Origin: Parcubacteria group bacterium
GTDB taxonomy: Bacteria; Patescibacteriota; Minisyncoccia; UBA6257; UBA11618
Direction of reading: 5' to 3'
DNA: 44,190 nt
NCBI GenBank assembly: GCA_943357895.1
Contig: CALRGO010000004.1
Span: 1-44,190, forward strand
Position 1 is the stretch's first letter; every line of letters starts with the position of its first letter. Under the pieces are notes generated by a model, which saw nothing but the letters and a program-made list of their open reading frames with translations, did not search any database and was not told the DNA's origin. Positions 27,083-35,344 of this stretch are shown here, piece after piece. The position numbers and the translations under genes are program-made.

Positions 27083-27111
27083 ATAATGACACTAAATTTA
27101 GCGATTGTCGA
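27083..27111 (-). promoter_or_regulatory. Putative promoter of rnpB (TCGACA-N17-CATTAT)
   Basis: On the minus strand, -35 is TCGACA (27111-27106) and -10 is CATTAT (27088-27083). The predicted start near 27076 matches the beginning of the P1 helix. It lies inside the 3' end of rnhA. Confidence 0.4.
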
Positions 27112-27499
27112 GCGTACTGTTTACCAATGCGTCGGCGGCGCTATTTTCTTCGCGTGGGATTTCGATAAAGCGCACGTCTTTGAATTTTTCTATTAGCGCT
27201 TGAGCCTCGTCGCACAGTACTTTAAGGTGCGGTAGCTTAACTTTATATTTACCGGTAATTTGGCGGGCTATCAGTTGGCTGTCGATATGGATATCCAGTT
27301 CCGCTTTTTGTGCTGCTGCGCCGAGGCTTTTCGCGCAGGTTTTGAGTGCTGAAATAACTGCCTTATATTCGGCGACGTTATTCGTCGTCTCGCCAATGTA
27401 TTCGCCGTAGCCTGCGCCGTTAATCACCACGCCTATTGCCGCATGGCCGGGGTTCCCCCGTGCGCCGCCGTCTGTGTAAATTGAAATAATGTCCGTCAT
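27098..27499 (-). CDS. rnhA: Ribonuclease HI-type protein
   Basis: Motifs seen are IYTDGGARGNPG, NNVAEYKAVISAL, DSQLIARQ and EENSAADALVN. Start chosen at ATG 27499 (AAGG upstream, 5 nt after the DHH stop); ATG 27523 is the alternative. Confidence 0.8.
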   Translation of the reverse strand: MTDIISIYTDGGARGNPGHAAIGVVINGAGYGEYIGETTNNVAEYKAVISALKTCAKSLGAAAQKAELDIHIDSQLIARQITGKYKVKLPHLKVLCDEAQALIEKFKDVRFIEIPREENSAADALVNSTLDNR

Positions 27500-27504
27500 G
27501 AGCC

Positions 27505-28338
27505 TTAGGATAACACCTTCCACGGCACCGGCGTGCCGTGCGGGATACTAAACCCCGCAGCTGACTTATGCCCCCCGCCGCCATAGTGCATAGCGAGCGC
27601 CGCTACGTCGAAGTGGCCGTTAGATCGAAGTGAAACGACCGTCTTGCCCTTACGTTCGTCCCAGATGATGCCAAAGGGCGGAAAGGCGGTACACAGCGCA
27701 TGGCCGATGTTATCGCGGAAGAACGGTGAGTTTACTGCAAGCGCCTTATGGCCGCGTAGTTCTACAAACTCCGCGTTTTCGCGTACGAGTCGGTCTACTA
27801 ACTTCATTTCTTGATCAAGAAGTAAGTTTCCTTTTTCAAAACATTTTTTTCTGCCTGCGGCAGTCGCGATTTCTTTTTCAAGTTTATTCCATGTTTTAAA
27901 ATCGAACGGCACGGTGCGCAGGTATGCCGTCATAGCCTTCGATTGCGGGAGCTTGTGGCGCCATAAGTCATTATCTTCAACGTATTTAAGGAATAACGGT
28001 ACTTTCTTTTTGGGGTGGAAATACTGCCATGCGATTACTGATCCCGAACGGTTATTATCAAAAACGCCGCCCTCTGTGCGCAGTACGTCTGCTTCGCACA
28101 TAGCGTGGTGGTCGAGCGCTGTTACGCGCTTCGCCCGTTTTAAAAGTTCATCCATCGTGTCTACTCGGTAGCAAAAATCAACGAGATACACCTCCTTACC
28201 CTCTAATCCTTCCGGCAATGCCTCTTGGTGCATGACGGGGATATAGTCGGCTTTTTTGCCGAACGTGAGCCATGTCGCCCATGCGGCGCTAAAGCCATCC
28301 GTGCAGTTCTTGTGGTATAAAACGACGGTATTTTTCAT
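27505..28338 (-). CDS. DHH/DHHA1 family phosphoesterase (stand-alone, NrnA/Pde2-like class)
   Basis: Motifs seen are HKNCTDG (motif I), LVDF (motif II), LDHH (motif III) and GGGGHKSAAGF (DHHA1). Confidence 0.8.
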   Translation of the reverse strand: MKNTVVLYHKNCTDGFSAAWATWLTFGKKADYIPVMHQEALPEGLEGKEVYLVDFCYRVDTMDELLKRAKRVTALDHHAMCEADVLRTEGGVFDNNRSGSVIAWQYFHPKKKVPLFLKYVEDNDLWRHKLPQSKAMTAYLRTVPFDFKTWNKLEKEIATAAGRKKCFEKGNLLLDQEMKLVDRLVRENAEFVELRGHKALAVNSPFFRDNIGHALCTAFPPFGIIWDERKGKTVVSLRSNGHFDVAALAMHYGGGGHKSAAGFSIPHGTPVPWKVLS

Positions 28339-28375
28339 TGGTCTTATAATGCCCTATTCAGGGCGATATTCAAAG

Positions 28376-28409
28376 TGTACTTATAACAGCTATAGCTGTT
28401 ATAAGTACA
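28376..28409. repeat. Palindrome copy 3 (34-bp core only)
   Basis: Identical to the cores at 23645 and 24248. It starts 1 nt after the pgk stop codon and ends 2 nt upstream of a TTGAAT -35-like hexamer for the DHH gene. Confidence 0.95.
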
Positions 28410-28410
28410 G

Positions 28411-29373
28411 TTATTTTTCGAGGGCTGAGATACCGGGGAGTTTTTCGCCGCTTAAAAAAGCGAGCATGGCGCCGCCGCCGGTTGAAACCCAGTCGAATTT
28501 TTTTATCAGGCCCTCCTTCTGCAAGAAGTCGGCAGTGTCTCCCCCGCCCGCTACGGAGAAGGCTTTGCTTTTTATAATCGCGGCCGCGAGTGCCTGCGAG
28601 CCTTTGGCGTATTTCGCGTTTTCCGCTTTGCCTACCGGCCCGCTCCAGACTACCGTCTTTGCCTTGGCGATTACTTTTTCGTATTCCTCCGTCGTTTTTA
28701 CGCCAATATCTTGCCACGCGTTGCCGCCTATGCCGTCTTTCGCAAATACAATATCTGCATGGCGAGGCAGGGCTTCGGGCGACATGCGGTATGCGCTGCC
28801 TAAGAGGAACTTCGTGCCGGCGTTTTCGAACTTTTGGATGACGCCGATTTTATCTTCTATCTTTATACCGCCTAAAATCACGACGCGCGGGTAGTCGGGG
28901 TTGTCGCGTACGTGTGAAAGGTTCTTAATTTCTTCTTCCAAATGCAGGCCGGCGTACGAGGGCAGGAATTCCGTGATGGCGACCATAGAGGCGGCTTTGC
29001 GGTGGCTTGTCGCGAAGTCATCGTTAATATAGATATCTGCGCCTTGCGCGAGCTCTTTGGCGAACGCGACGTTGTTTGCCTCCTCGCGCGGGTCGAAACG
29101 CAGGTTTTCGCGCCACTCGACGGCTTGTCCCAGTTCTTTTTCTATCAGGCTCACGGCGCGCTTAAGAGAAAGCGCCGCATCTTCCCCCTTCGGCCGGCCG
29201 CGATGGCTTATGATGACGGGTTTCGCGCCATACTTGAATAAGAAGCGGAGTGTGGGGAGCGTTGCTTGTAAGCGCAAAGAATCCCGCGAGGGATCCTTTA
29301 TGTCGAGGTTTACGCGCACGAGGCACGTCTTTCCCCGCAACTTCGGTTCAGTTAGCGTGCGGAGCAGGCGCAC
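28411..29373 (-). CDS. pgk: Phosphoglycerate kinase (short form, 320 aa)
   Basis: Motifs seen are GKTCLVRVNLD, ISHRGRPKG, AGGGDTADF and the C-terminal STGGGAMLAFLSGEKLPG. Confidence 0.85.
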   Translation of the reverse strand: MRLLRTLTEPKLRGKTCLVRVNLDIKDPSRDSLRLQATLPTLRFLFKYGAKPVIISHRGRPKGEDAALSLKRAVSLIEKELGQAVEWRENLRFDPREEANNVAFAKELAQGADIYINDDFATSHRKAASMVAITEFLPSYAGLHLEEEIKNLSHVRDNPDYPRVVILGGIKIEDKIGVIQKFENAGTKFLLGSAYRMSPEALPRHADIVFAKDGIGGNAWQDIGVKTTEEYEKVIAKAKTVVWSGPVGKAENAKYAKGSQALAAAIIKSKAFSVAGGGDTADFLQKEGLIKKFDWVSTGGGAMLAFLSGEKLPGISALEK

Positions 29374-29376
29374 GGG

Positions 29377-29904
29377 TTATCTCGTCCGCTTATGCGTAAT
29401 GAAATTCCAGAGGGCTTCGAAGACGTTGGCTTGGGTATTAGGCGCACATGTTGTGAGGCTCGTATTATGCCAACCATTAAGGCAAGTAATTGGAGTAGTT
29501 GGTCTTAAGTAACCCGGTTGAGCTATAGGGTTGGTATGAGGAATTACTGGGGCTTGCGTTGTCGTGCATGCACCACAGGTGCAGGTGGTGACGGTTCCGT
29601 TCGGATTAATTCTTGTCGTTTGCCCTCCTGCTGTGGTCGACGGGGTTGGATGAGGTAGAGTTGCGGGATTTACTGAGGGTGTTCTAAGGGTGTAATTAGG
29701 TCGCACACTTGCGCAATTACCGCTTCCTATTGGCCAATAACCAGTATTTGTTGGATACGCACAAATCTCGTTACCTGGGCATGTTACTACTACTGGGTTA
29801 CTGCCTCCTGTACTACAGCGTTCACCTGCGTAAGCTAGGTTAATTCCTAAAAGAAAAAATCCTGCAATCGTGACATTTATAATAAGTATCTGATTTATTT
29901 TCAT
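29377..29904 (-). CDS. Secreted cysteine-rich protein P1 (no recognisable domain)
   Basis: It has the signal peptide MKINQILIINVTIAGFFLLGINLAYA, 9 Cys in the mature part, and a Pro/Thr-rich core. The C-terminus ANVFEALWNFITHKRTR is shared with P2. Confidence 0.6.
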   Translation of the reverse strand: MKINQILIINVTIAGFFLLGINLAYAGERCSTGGSNPVVVTCPGNEICAYPTNTGYWPIGSGNCASVRPNYTLRTPSVNPATLPHPTPSTTAGGQTTRINPNGTVTTCTCGACTTTQAPVIPHTNPIAQPGYLRPTTPITCLNGWHNTSLTTCAPNTQANVFEALWNFITHKRTR

Positions 29905-29913
29905 ACTTTTATT

Positions 29914-30648
29914 TTAATACGGTTTGCGGTGCGTTAGGAATCCCCAGAGTGCGTCGAAAACGTTGGCTGTTCCGCAAACCCTTTTTCCTGCCTTAGGATA
30001 GACCACGACTCCATTGATTATTTTTCGTTCGCATTTTTCATAAATTTGATTCCAATAATTTTCTTCTAGGCGGGCGCCGATGCGGCGGCTTCTTATTGCA
30101 TCTTCACCTGCAACGCAAGTATTGAATTTTACCTCTTCAGGACTTTCTTGATATTTGCACGTAATTCTCGTTCCGGCGCTGAAGTTAGTAGTCGGCCCTG
30201 CGGGCAATGGATATGCTCTTTGGGGTTGTGCTGTCGGCTGGTTGACATGCCCGTCTATGGGAGCTCTCCAGCTTGCCATAAGATCACGTATCGTCATCGT
30301 GTTTGGCGGAAGGGTTCCGCCGCAGGGGTCGGTAATACAAGCCGTCTTCTCTTTGTTAAGGATTTTTCCTGCGGAGCATGTCGGAGCAGTAATGTCCTTT
30401 TCTTTGGTATTTTTTTTGTTTCCATTATTAAAACTTGGCGGGGGGGATTCTCCGTCAACAAAGCATAAAAGTCCATATGATGCAGGCGGTTCTCCTTCAT
30501 ATGGGGCGGTGCCTCGCATTCTTGTGCATATTCCTTGACTGCCGTCGCTGCAGGTGCGACTTTGACCGGCACAGTCATTTTGCTGTTGCGCTTCTGCAAA
30601 GCCAATCCCTCCAACAATAAAAGTGATTATAAGTAAGATTTTCTTCAT
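29914..30648 (-). CDS. Secreted cysteine-rich protein P2 (paralog-like to P1 at the C-terminus)
   Basis: It has the signal peptide MKKILLIITFIVGGIGFAEA, 11 Cys, and the C-terminus ANVFDALWGFLTHRKPY. Confidence 0.6.
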   Translation of the reverse strand: MKKILLIITFIVGGIGFAEAQQQNDCAGQSRTCSDGSQGICTRMRGTAPYEGEPPASYGLLCFVDGESPPPSFNNGNKKNTKEKDITAPTCSAGKILNKEKTACITDPCGGTLPPNTMTIRDLMASWRAPIDGHVNQPTAQPQRAYPLPAGPTTNFSAGTRITCKYQESPEEVKFNTCVAGEDAIRSRRIGARLEENYWNQIYEKCERKIINGVVVYPKAGKRVCGTANVFDALWGFLTHRKPY

Positions 30649-30712
30649 ATATTCACTGTAGCATAAGGGCTTGAAAAAAAGCTGTGGATAAGGTAGTATA
30701 TAAGCAACTCAG

Positions 30713-30991
30713 ATGGCACATACAAAATCCTTAGGTTCAACTAAATTAGGCCGTGATTCAGCCGCGCAGCGGCTGGGCGTCAAGAAAAACCACAACGAGC
30801 CTATCGGCGCGGGTGAAATTATCATCCGCCAGCGGGGCAGTAAGTACTTGGCGGGCGTAAACGTCCGTGTGGGCAGCGACGACACGCTTTACGCCGCAAC
30901 TGCCGGCATCGTGCAGTACAAGACGAAGCATAAGACTTGCTTTGATGGATCGCGCCGTAGCGCGAAGATGGTGAGCGTAGTAGTTAAATAA
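30713..30991 (+). CDS. rpmA: 50S ribosomal protein L27
   Basis: MAHTKSLGSTKLGRDSAAQRLGVKK...IIIRQRGSKY..G.NV..G.DDTLYA is the canonical L27 pattern. Confidence 0.95.
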   Translation: MAHTKSLGSTKLGRDSAAQRLGVKKNHNEPIGAGEIIIRQRGSKYLAGVNVRVGSDDTLYAATAGIVQYKTKHKTCFDGSRRSAKMVSVVVK

Positions 30992-30997
30992 TGCAAT

Positions 30998-31029
30998 AAC
31001 AAAAACCGCCCGTACGGGCGGTTTTTGTT
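30998..31029. terminator. Bidirectional terminator between rpmA and P3
   Basis: AACAAAAACCGCCCGTACGGGCGGTTTTTGTT is a perfect GC-rich palindrome (31006-31021) flanked by A- and T-runs. Confidence 0.75.
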
Positions 31030-31031
31030 AT

Positions 31032-31871
31032 TTAGCACTTACTCAAATCCATTAACTTTAGAGCATCTTTACAAGCTTGCGAATTAATACTTGCTCCATA
31101 TCCATTGATATTGCATGCATCAGGGAGGGCGCAAATATTATTTCCTCCTGTTGTGGGGCCGCTGCTACCGGGGCGGCAGGGAGGGATTCCGGTAGTAGGA
31201 GTGGTGTATGCGGGTACCGGTACGTACTGGGGGGCCGAAACGGTGGCGGCAGGTGTTGTCGCTGGCGGGTTGAAATAATTCGCTACCGTATTTACAAAAA
31301 CGGCTGCCCAAGAAGTCTGTTGGTTGTCGGTTGCCGCCGCTCCACGCGATGATTGGCTGTCTTGCGTCCAATTCCTATTAAAGCATCCTGCGGCGCTCTG
31401 GTCAGCTATATCTTCAGTATATTGGGCGGTGGTGCAGCTTTTTGTGTATTCTTCTATTTTATCGGTAATCTTTTTCTCTAAATCTCTGTACTCTTGTGCG
31501 AGAGCTATGAGTTTTTTTACTATGGGTGGAATATTTTCACATCCCTTTACGTTACGAACAGCAATGGTCGAGGGCGCACAGTACGATGCAGCATTAACCA
31601 AGTCGTATGACCATGTGCGTCCGTCCACAGTAAGATTGACGCGCTGCTTTGATCTTCGTGCAATCTCCTCAAGTTGTTCGAGCTCTTCCCTTTTTGCATT
31701 CCGTTGCCGAATAAGGGCTTTATATTCCGCAGATTCTATTTTTTCTTGAAAACAGGCGGCGTAGGCTTTTTGGGCAGGTGTCGTAGCGCACCTATTTTGC
31801 GGGTCCACTTGCCCGTATGCTAAAGGCGCAATGCATGAGAATAAAGTTATTGCTATGATTAATTGTTTCAT
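31032..31871 (-). CDS. Secreted cysteine-rich protein P3 (coiled-coil N-part, PT-linker, Cys-rich C-part)
   Basis: Start taken at MKQLIIAITLFSCIAPLAYG (ATG 31871), which removes the overlap with P4. The mature part has 11 Cys, and no known domain is recognised. Confidence 0.6.
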   Translation of the reverse strand: MKQLIIAITLFSCIAPLAYGQVDPQNRCATTPAQKAYAACFQEKIESAEYKALIRQRNAKREELEQLEEIARRSKQRVNLTVDGRTWSYDLVNAASYCAPSTIAVRNVKGCENIPPIVKKLIALAQEYRDLEKKITDKIEEYTKSCTTAQYTEDIADQSAAGCFNRNWTQDSQSSRGAAATDNQQTSWAAVFVNTVANYFNPPATTPAATVSAPQYVPVPAYTTPTTGIPPCRPGSSGPTTGGNNICALPDACNINGYGASINSQACKDALKLMDLSKC

Positions 31872-31897
31872 ATATTTAATACTACCATAGTAAGTTT

Positions 31898-32785
31898 TTA
31901 CGGGCCGACGCAGGACTGCCTTGTAATGCATTCATTCGGATTTTCGTAGAGATCATCCGGCTTACTGTCTTCGCAGTCAGCTAGATCTTTTTTAAGAATT
32001 CTATCCGCCTTTTGTTTTGCGTCGGCCTCTTTCTGCATCACATCATTAAATTGCTGTATTTGCCTATTTTGACAAGTCGGGCTTGTGTATTTATAGCTAT
32101 CGTAACTGCATAGCCGCACTACTTCCTCAAAAGAATACGTTACTGTGCCAAAATCTCCATGTGATGCAAGTAATCTCATGGCTATTTGCTGGGTAGGATC
32201 AATTCCCGCATTACTGATAGCGTCTTTTGTTGCCTGTACGCTGTCATCCCACGCCTTTTTATATTTTTGGTTGGCATTGGGGCCACATGCAAGATATTTT
32301 CCTGTCGGGGAATTAGGATCCCATTCGTCGCAGCCTCCCGGCTTATAGGCGCATGCAGCCCCATTTCCTAAATTATTTGAATCGGTGTTTGTGCTCCCCC
32401 TTCCGCATGGCCGAGTTTGTTGCGAAGGTGTCGCAAAGGTTAACGCTATAGGCGCTGTGGCAGGGCGGGTGGTGGGTGGCGTTACAGGTGGAGTTATAGC
32501 TGGCGCTTGCGGCGGTGAGAACCATGACGTGAGCCATTGATACCATACGGGTAGTTCCGGCACGGCGGGTGGTGGCGGCGGATTGTTGTTGCCGCCGTTC
32601 GTGGTGCCTGCGGAGACGCAGGTGCCTGCATCACCTCCTACGGAAAATAATTGGCAGGTGAGACCGACCCCACACAGAACAGGATTAAAACCTCCACAAT
32701 AATCGCCTTCATTTTGGGCAAAAGAAATAAAAGGGCTTAATCCAAAGATGGCGGACAGTCCTATAATCGCAAGGAATTTTTTCAT
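31898..32785 (-). CDS. Secreted cysteine-rich protein P4
   Basis: It has the signal peptide MKKFLAIIGLSAIFGLSPFISFA, 13 Cys, a poly-Pro/PT linker and a helical C-part. TATTAT lies 7 nt upstream of the ATG. Confidence 0.6.
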   Translation of the reverse strand: MKKFLAIIGLSAIFGLSPFISFAQNEGDYCGGFNPVLCGVGLTCQLFSVGGDAGTCVSAGTTNGGNNNPPPPPAVPELPVWYQWLTSWFSPPQAPAITPPVTPPTTRPATAPIALTFATPSQQTRPCGRGSTNTDSNNLGNGAACAYKPGGCDEWDPNSPTGKYLACGPNANQKYKKAWDDSVQATKDAISNAGIDPTQQIAMRLLASHGDFGTVTYSFEEVVRLCSYDSYKYTSPTCQNRQIQQFNDVMQKEADAKQKADRILKKDLADCEDSKPDDLYENPNECITRQSCVGP

Positions 32786-32821
32786 TGCATTAATAATACC
32801 ATACGGCTTTTATGGAAATAA

Positions 32822-33250
32822 TTACTTATCCCCAGCTGTCTCTATCGTGATTTTCCCTTCGATTCCCTTGCCGAGGTGGATTACGGCGTGGTGTGTGCCG
32901 AGTGTGCGTAGCGGTTTATCAAGATCTATTTTTGCCGTTTCATAACCCAGCTTCTTTAGCGCGGCAGTAATATCTTCTTTGGTAATCGAATTAAATACTT
33001 CGCCGTGGGGGCCGGTTTTGAGCGTAAAACGCATCGGCTCTATCGTGAGTTTTTTTGCGAGCGCCTTCAAATCCTCCGTTTCCTTATTTCCCTTTTTCAC
33101 CTGTGTCTCGTATTTGGCGAGCTCCGCAGGCGTTGCCTGCACGGCGAGCTTTTTAGGCAATAAAAGATTCATGGCGTGGCCGTCGGACGTGGTGATTAGC
33201 TCGCCCGCCCTGCCGACCCCCTTAACATCCTTAAGGAGTATTACTTTCAT
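32822..33250 (-). CDS. rplI: 50S ribosomal protein L9
   Basis: The N-domain MKVILLKDVKGVGRAGELITTSDGHAMNLLLPKKLA is typical of L9, followed by a helical linker. Confidence 0.9.
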   Translation of the reverse strand: MKVILLKDVKGVGRAGELITTSDGHAMNLLLPKKLAVQATPAELAKYETQVKKGNKETEDLKALAKKLTIEPMRFTLKTGPHGEVFNSITKEDITAALKKLGYETAKIDLDKPLRTLGTHHAVIHLGKGIEGKITIETAGDK

Positions 33251-33254
33251 ACGT

Positions 33255-34490
33255 TTATTTTATTTTTGCCTTTACTAATTCTAATGCCTTATCGAGTTGC
33301 GGGTCGCGCTTTTTTTCGCGGTCCACATCCGTAATCTTTACGACGATATCCGGCACGATGCCGTTTTTGTCTATCTGCGCCCCCTTCGGCAATATCCAGT
33401 GCGCTATCGTAAGCTTTATTTCCGCCCCGCCGCGCAACTTTGTAAGCTCCTGCACTGTCCCCTTACCGAAGCTCTTTTCGCCCACAATCGGCGTACCGAG
33501 ATTGTCTTTTAACGCGCCCGCTAAAATTTCGCTCGCGGATGCCGAGCCGCCGTTCAAAAGAATCGCCATCGGTACGTCCTTAGCTATCGGCGTGCCGCGT
33601 GAGAGGAATGTGTCGCGCTTGCCGTTACGGAATTCTTCAAACACGACGGTTTTGCCTGCGTCCATAAAGTAGCCGGCAATAGTAACCGCGGCGTCTAAGT
33701 AGCCTCCGGGGTTGTTGCGCATATCGAGCACTATGCCCTTCGCGCCTGCTGCTTTTGCCTCCGTTACCGCCGTGCGCACCAAATCTGCCGAATTTTCACT
33801 GAAGGTATAAAACTGAATATGGGCAATCGAATGGTCTTTCATCTTCCATTCGACGACAGGGATTTTAATAGTATCGCGCACGACTTTTATCGTGAGTGGC
33901 TTTTCGTGCCCCGTGCGGCCGATAAGAAAAGTGACAGTAGTCCCCTTCGGGCCACGGATTTTCTTTACTGCGTCGCTTATTGTCATGCTTACCGTTGAGC
34001 TTGCGTTGATTTCGTAGAGTTTATCCCCACTCATTAAGCCGCTCTTTTCTGCAGGCGAATTTTTAAGGGGGGCGATAACTACTATCTGCTCGTTCTTTAT
34101 GCCGATCTCCGCGCCGATGCCGCCGAAGTTGCCGTTAATATCCTCCCCGAAGCGCTTAGCTTCTTCGGGGTTCATGAATACGGAATACGGGTCTTTGAGC
34201 GAAGCGACGAGCCCCTCTGCCGCGCCGTATATCATGTCGCCGCTTTTAACCTCGCCCGCGCGCAAGTATGAGCCCTGTATCATGCGCCACGCGTCCCAGA
34301 ATATGGCGAAATCTTCCTTGGATGTGATGCCCGTTTCGGCGTTTTCAAGCCCTTTTATTTCGAACGTTTGGGGGCGGCGGGTGCCGAGTTCGTAGCCCGT
34401 GCCGCCTGCAATTAAGGCGCAGAGCACGATTATTGCGATGCGCGTAACGTACGCCAGCTTCCGAGGGCTTTGTTCCATTCGCTTCATCAT
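33255..34490 (-). CDS. ctpA: Carboxy-terminal processing protease (S41, PDZ-containing)
   Basis: It has GGIGAEIG, PDZ motifs (PAEKSGLMSGDKL), the catalytic region LLNGGSASASEILAGALKD and FGKGTVQ. Start is uncertain among ATG 34490, 34487 and 34478. The track start at 34577 is rejected because it lies upstream of the TM anchor. Confidence 0.85.
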   Translation of the reverse strand: MMKRMEQSPRKLAYVTRIAIIVLCALIAGGTGYELGTRRPQTFEIKGLENAETGITSKEDFAIFWDAWRMIQGSYLRAGEVKSGDMIYGAAEGLVASLKDPYSVFMNPEEAKRFGEDINGNFGGIGAEIGIKNEQIVVIAPLKNSPAEKSGLMSGDKLYEINASSTVSMTISDAVKKIRGPKGTTVTFLIGRTGHEKPLTIKVVRDTIKIPVVEWKMKDHSIAHIQFYTFSENSADLVRTAVTEAKAAGAKGIVLDMRNNPGGYLDAAVTIAGYFMDAGKTVVFEEFRNGKRDTFLSRGTPIAKDVPMAILLNGGSASASEILAGALKDNLGTPIVGEKSFGKGTVQELTKLRGGAEIKLTIAHWILPKGAQIDKNGIVPDIVVKITDVDREKKRDPQLDKALELVKAKIK

Positions 34491-34543
34491 AGCCGTGGAT
34501 ATCCGCCTATGCAATACGGAGCCTTTTAAAACAGGGCTTTTCG

Positions 34544-34552
34544 TGGTATAAT
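34544..34552 (+). promoter_or_regulatory. Extended -10 promoter element TGgTATAAT
   Basis: TG at 34544-34545 and TATAAT at 34547-34552, with only 5 nt to ATG 34558. The transcript would be leaderless. Confidence 0.5.
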
Positions 34553-34557
34553 GCCAA

Positions 34558-34878
34558 ATGCATATGGAGGCGTTCAAAAACGTGAGCGGTGACTATTTAA
34601 AGGGATTGCTTGGCCGGCGCGAAATTTCGAAAGTGTATAGTGCGCACCAAGAGATAGGCTTGCAACTCGCCGCCATTCTTCACGACCGGTTCAACAAGGC
34701 GCTCTATATCAAGCTTGCAAAGACGCACACGGACCATCAGCGCCTGTTAATGCTTGCGAAAGATATTGCAGGTAGGCAGGGGGTGGTAAATCGCGGGGCA
34801 TATTTTATGCGATTATTATTCGATGGCGAACATTACGACGGATACAATGGAAAAAAGAATACTCTCGATCGAAAATAA
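34558..34878 (+). CDS. Hypothetical 106-aa protein upstream of def-fmt
   Basis: The ORF has a strong promoter directly upstream and overlaps def by 56 nt. No motif recognised. Confidence 0.45.
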   Translation: MHMEAFKNVSGDYLKGLLGRREISKVYSAHQEIGLQLAAILHDRFNKALYIKLAKTHTDHQRLLMLAKDIAGRQGVVNRGAYFMRLLFDGEHYDGYNGKKNTLDRK

Positions 34879-35344
34879 AGAAGACGCAATAGTATTGCGG
34901 CAAAAAACGGCACCGTTCGATTTTTCGCGCTTCACTAAAAAAGAAATTACGGAATTAGTGCGTGCTATGCGGGTGACAATGAAGGCCGCAAGCGGTATCG
35001 GCCTCGCTGCCAACCAGATTGGGCTTAACTTATCTTTATTTGTGGCAAAGATCGACCGCAAGCTACACGCGGTGTTTAACCCGAAGATTACGCGCTTTAG
35101 CCCAGACGAAGACGAGATGGAAGAGGGGTGCCTTTCGATACCTAAAAAATATGGCATCGTGCGTAGGTCAACCGTTATATGGCTCACGGGGCAAAACGCG
35201 CAGGGGCAAAAAATTAAGGTAAAGCACTTCGGGCTTTTGGCGCGCGTCTTTCAGCACGAGATAGACCACTTGAACGGCATTTTGTTTATCGACAAGGCGA
35301 AGGAGGTTTACGAAGGGAAACGCGAAAATGGCAATGCAGAATAA
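34823..35344 (+). CDS. def: Peptide deformylase
   Basis: It carries GIGLAANQIG, EGCLSIP and QHEIDHLNG. ATG 34847 is an alternative start. Confidence 0.9.
   Translation: MANITTDTMEKRILSIENKEDAIVLRQKTAPFDFSRFTKKEITELVRAMRVTMKAASGIGLAANQIGLNLSLFVAKIDRKLHAVFNPKITRFSPDEDEMEEGCLSIPKKYGIVRRSTVIWLTGQNAQGQKIKVKHFGLLARVFQHEIDHLNGILFIDKAKEVYEGKRENGNAE

Noticed and set aside
26972-27196. 74-aa plus-strand ORF in the pepF-rnhA gap
   Set aside because: It lies antisense within the RNase P RNA gene and the rnhA 3' end. The region is fully explained by rnpB.
23645-28409. The three identical 34-bp repeats as a CRISPR array
   Set aside because: There are only three copies, spaced about 570 bp and about 4.1 kb apart, with full genes between them. 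The repeats are perfect palindromes and no cas genes are present. This is not CRISPR architecture.
28256-28894. 212-aa plus-strand ORF spanning the DHH start, the palindrome and the pgk 3' half
   Set aside because: It is antisense to two well-supported genes and reads through the intergenic palindrome. No motifs are present.
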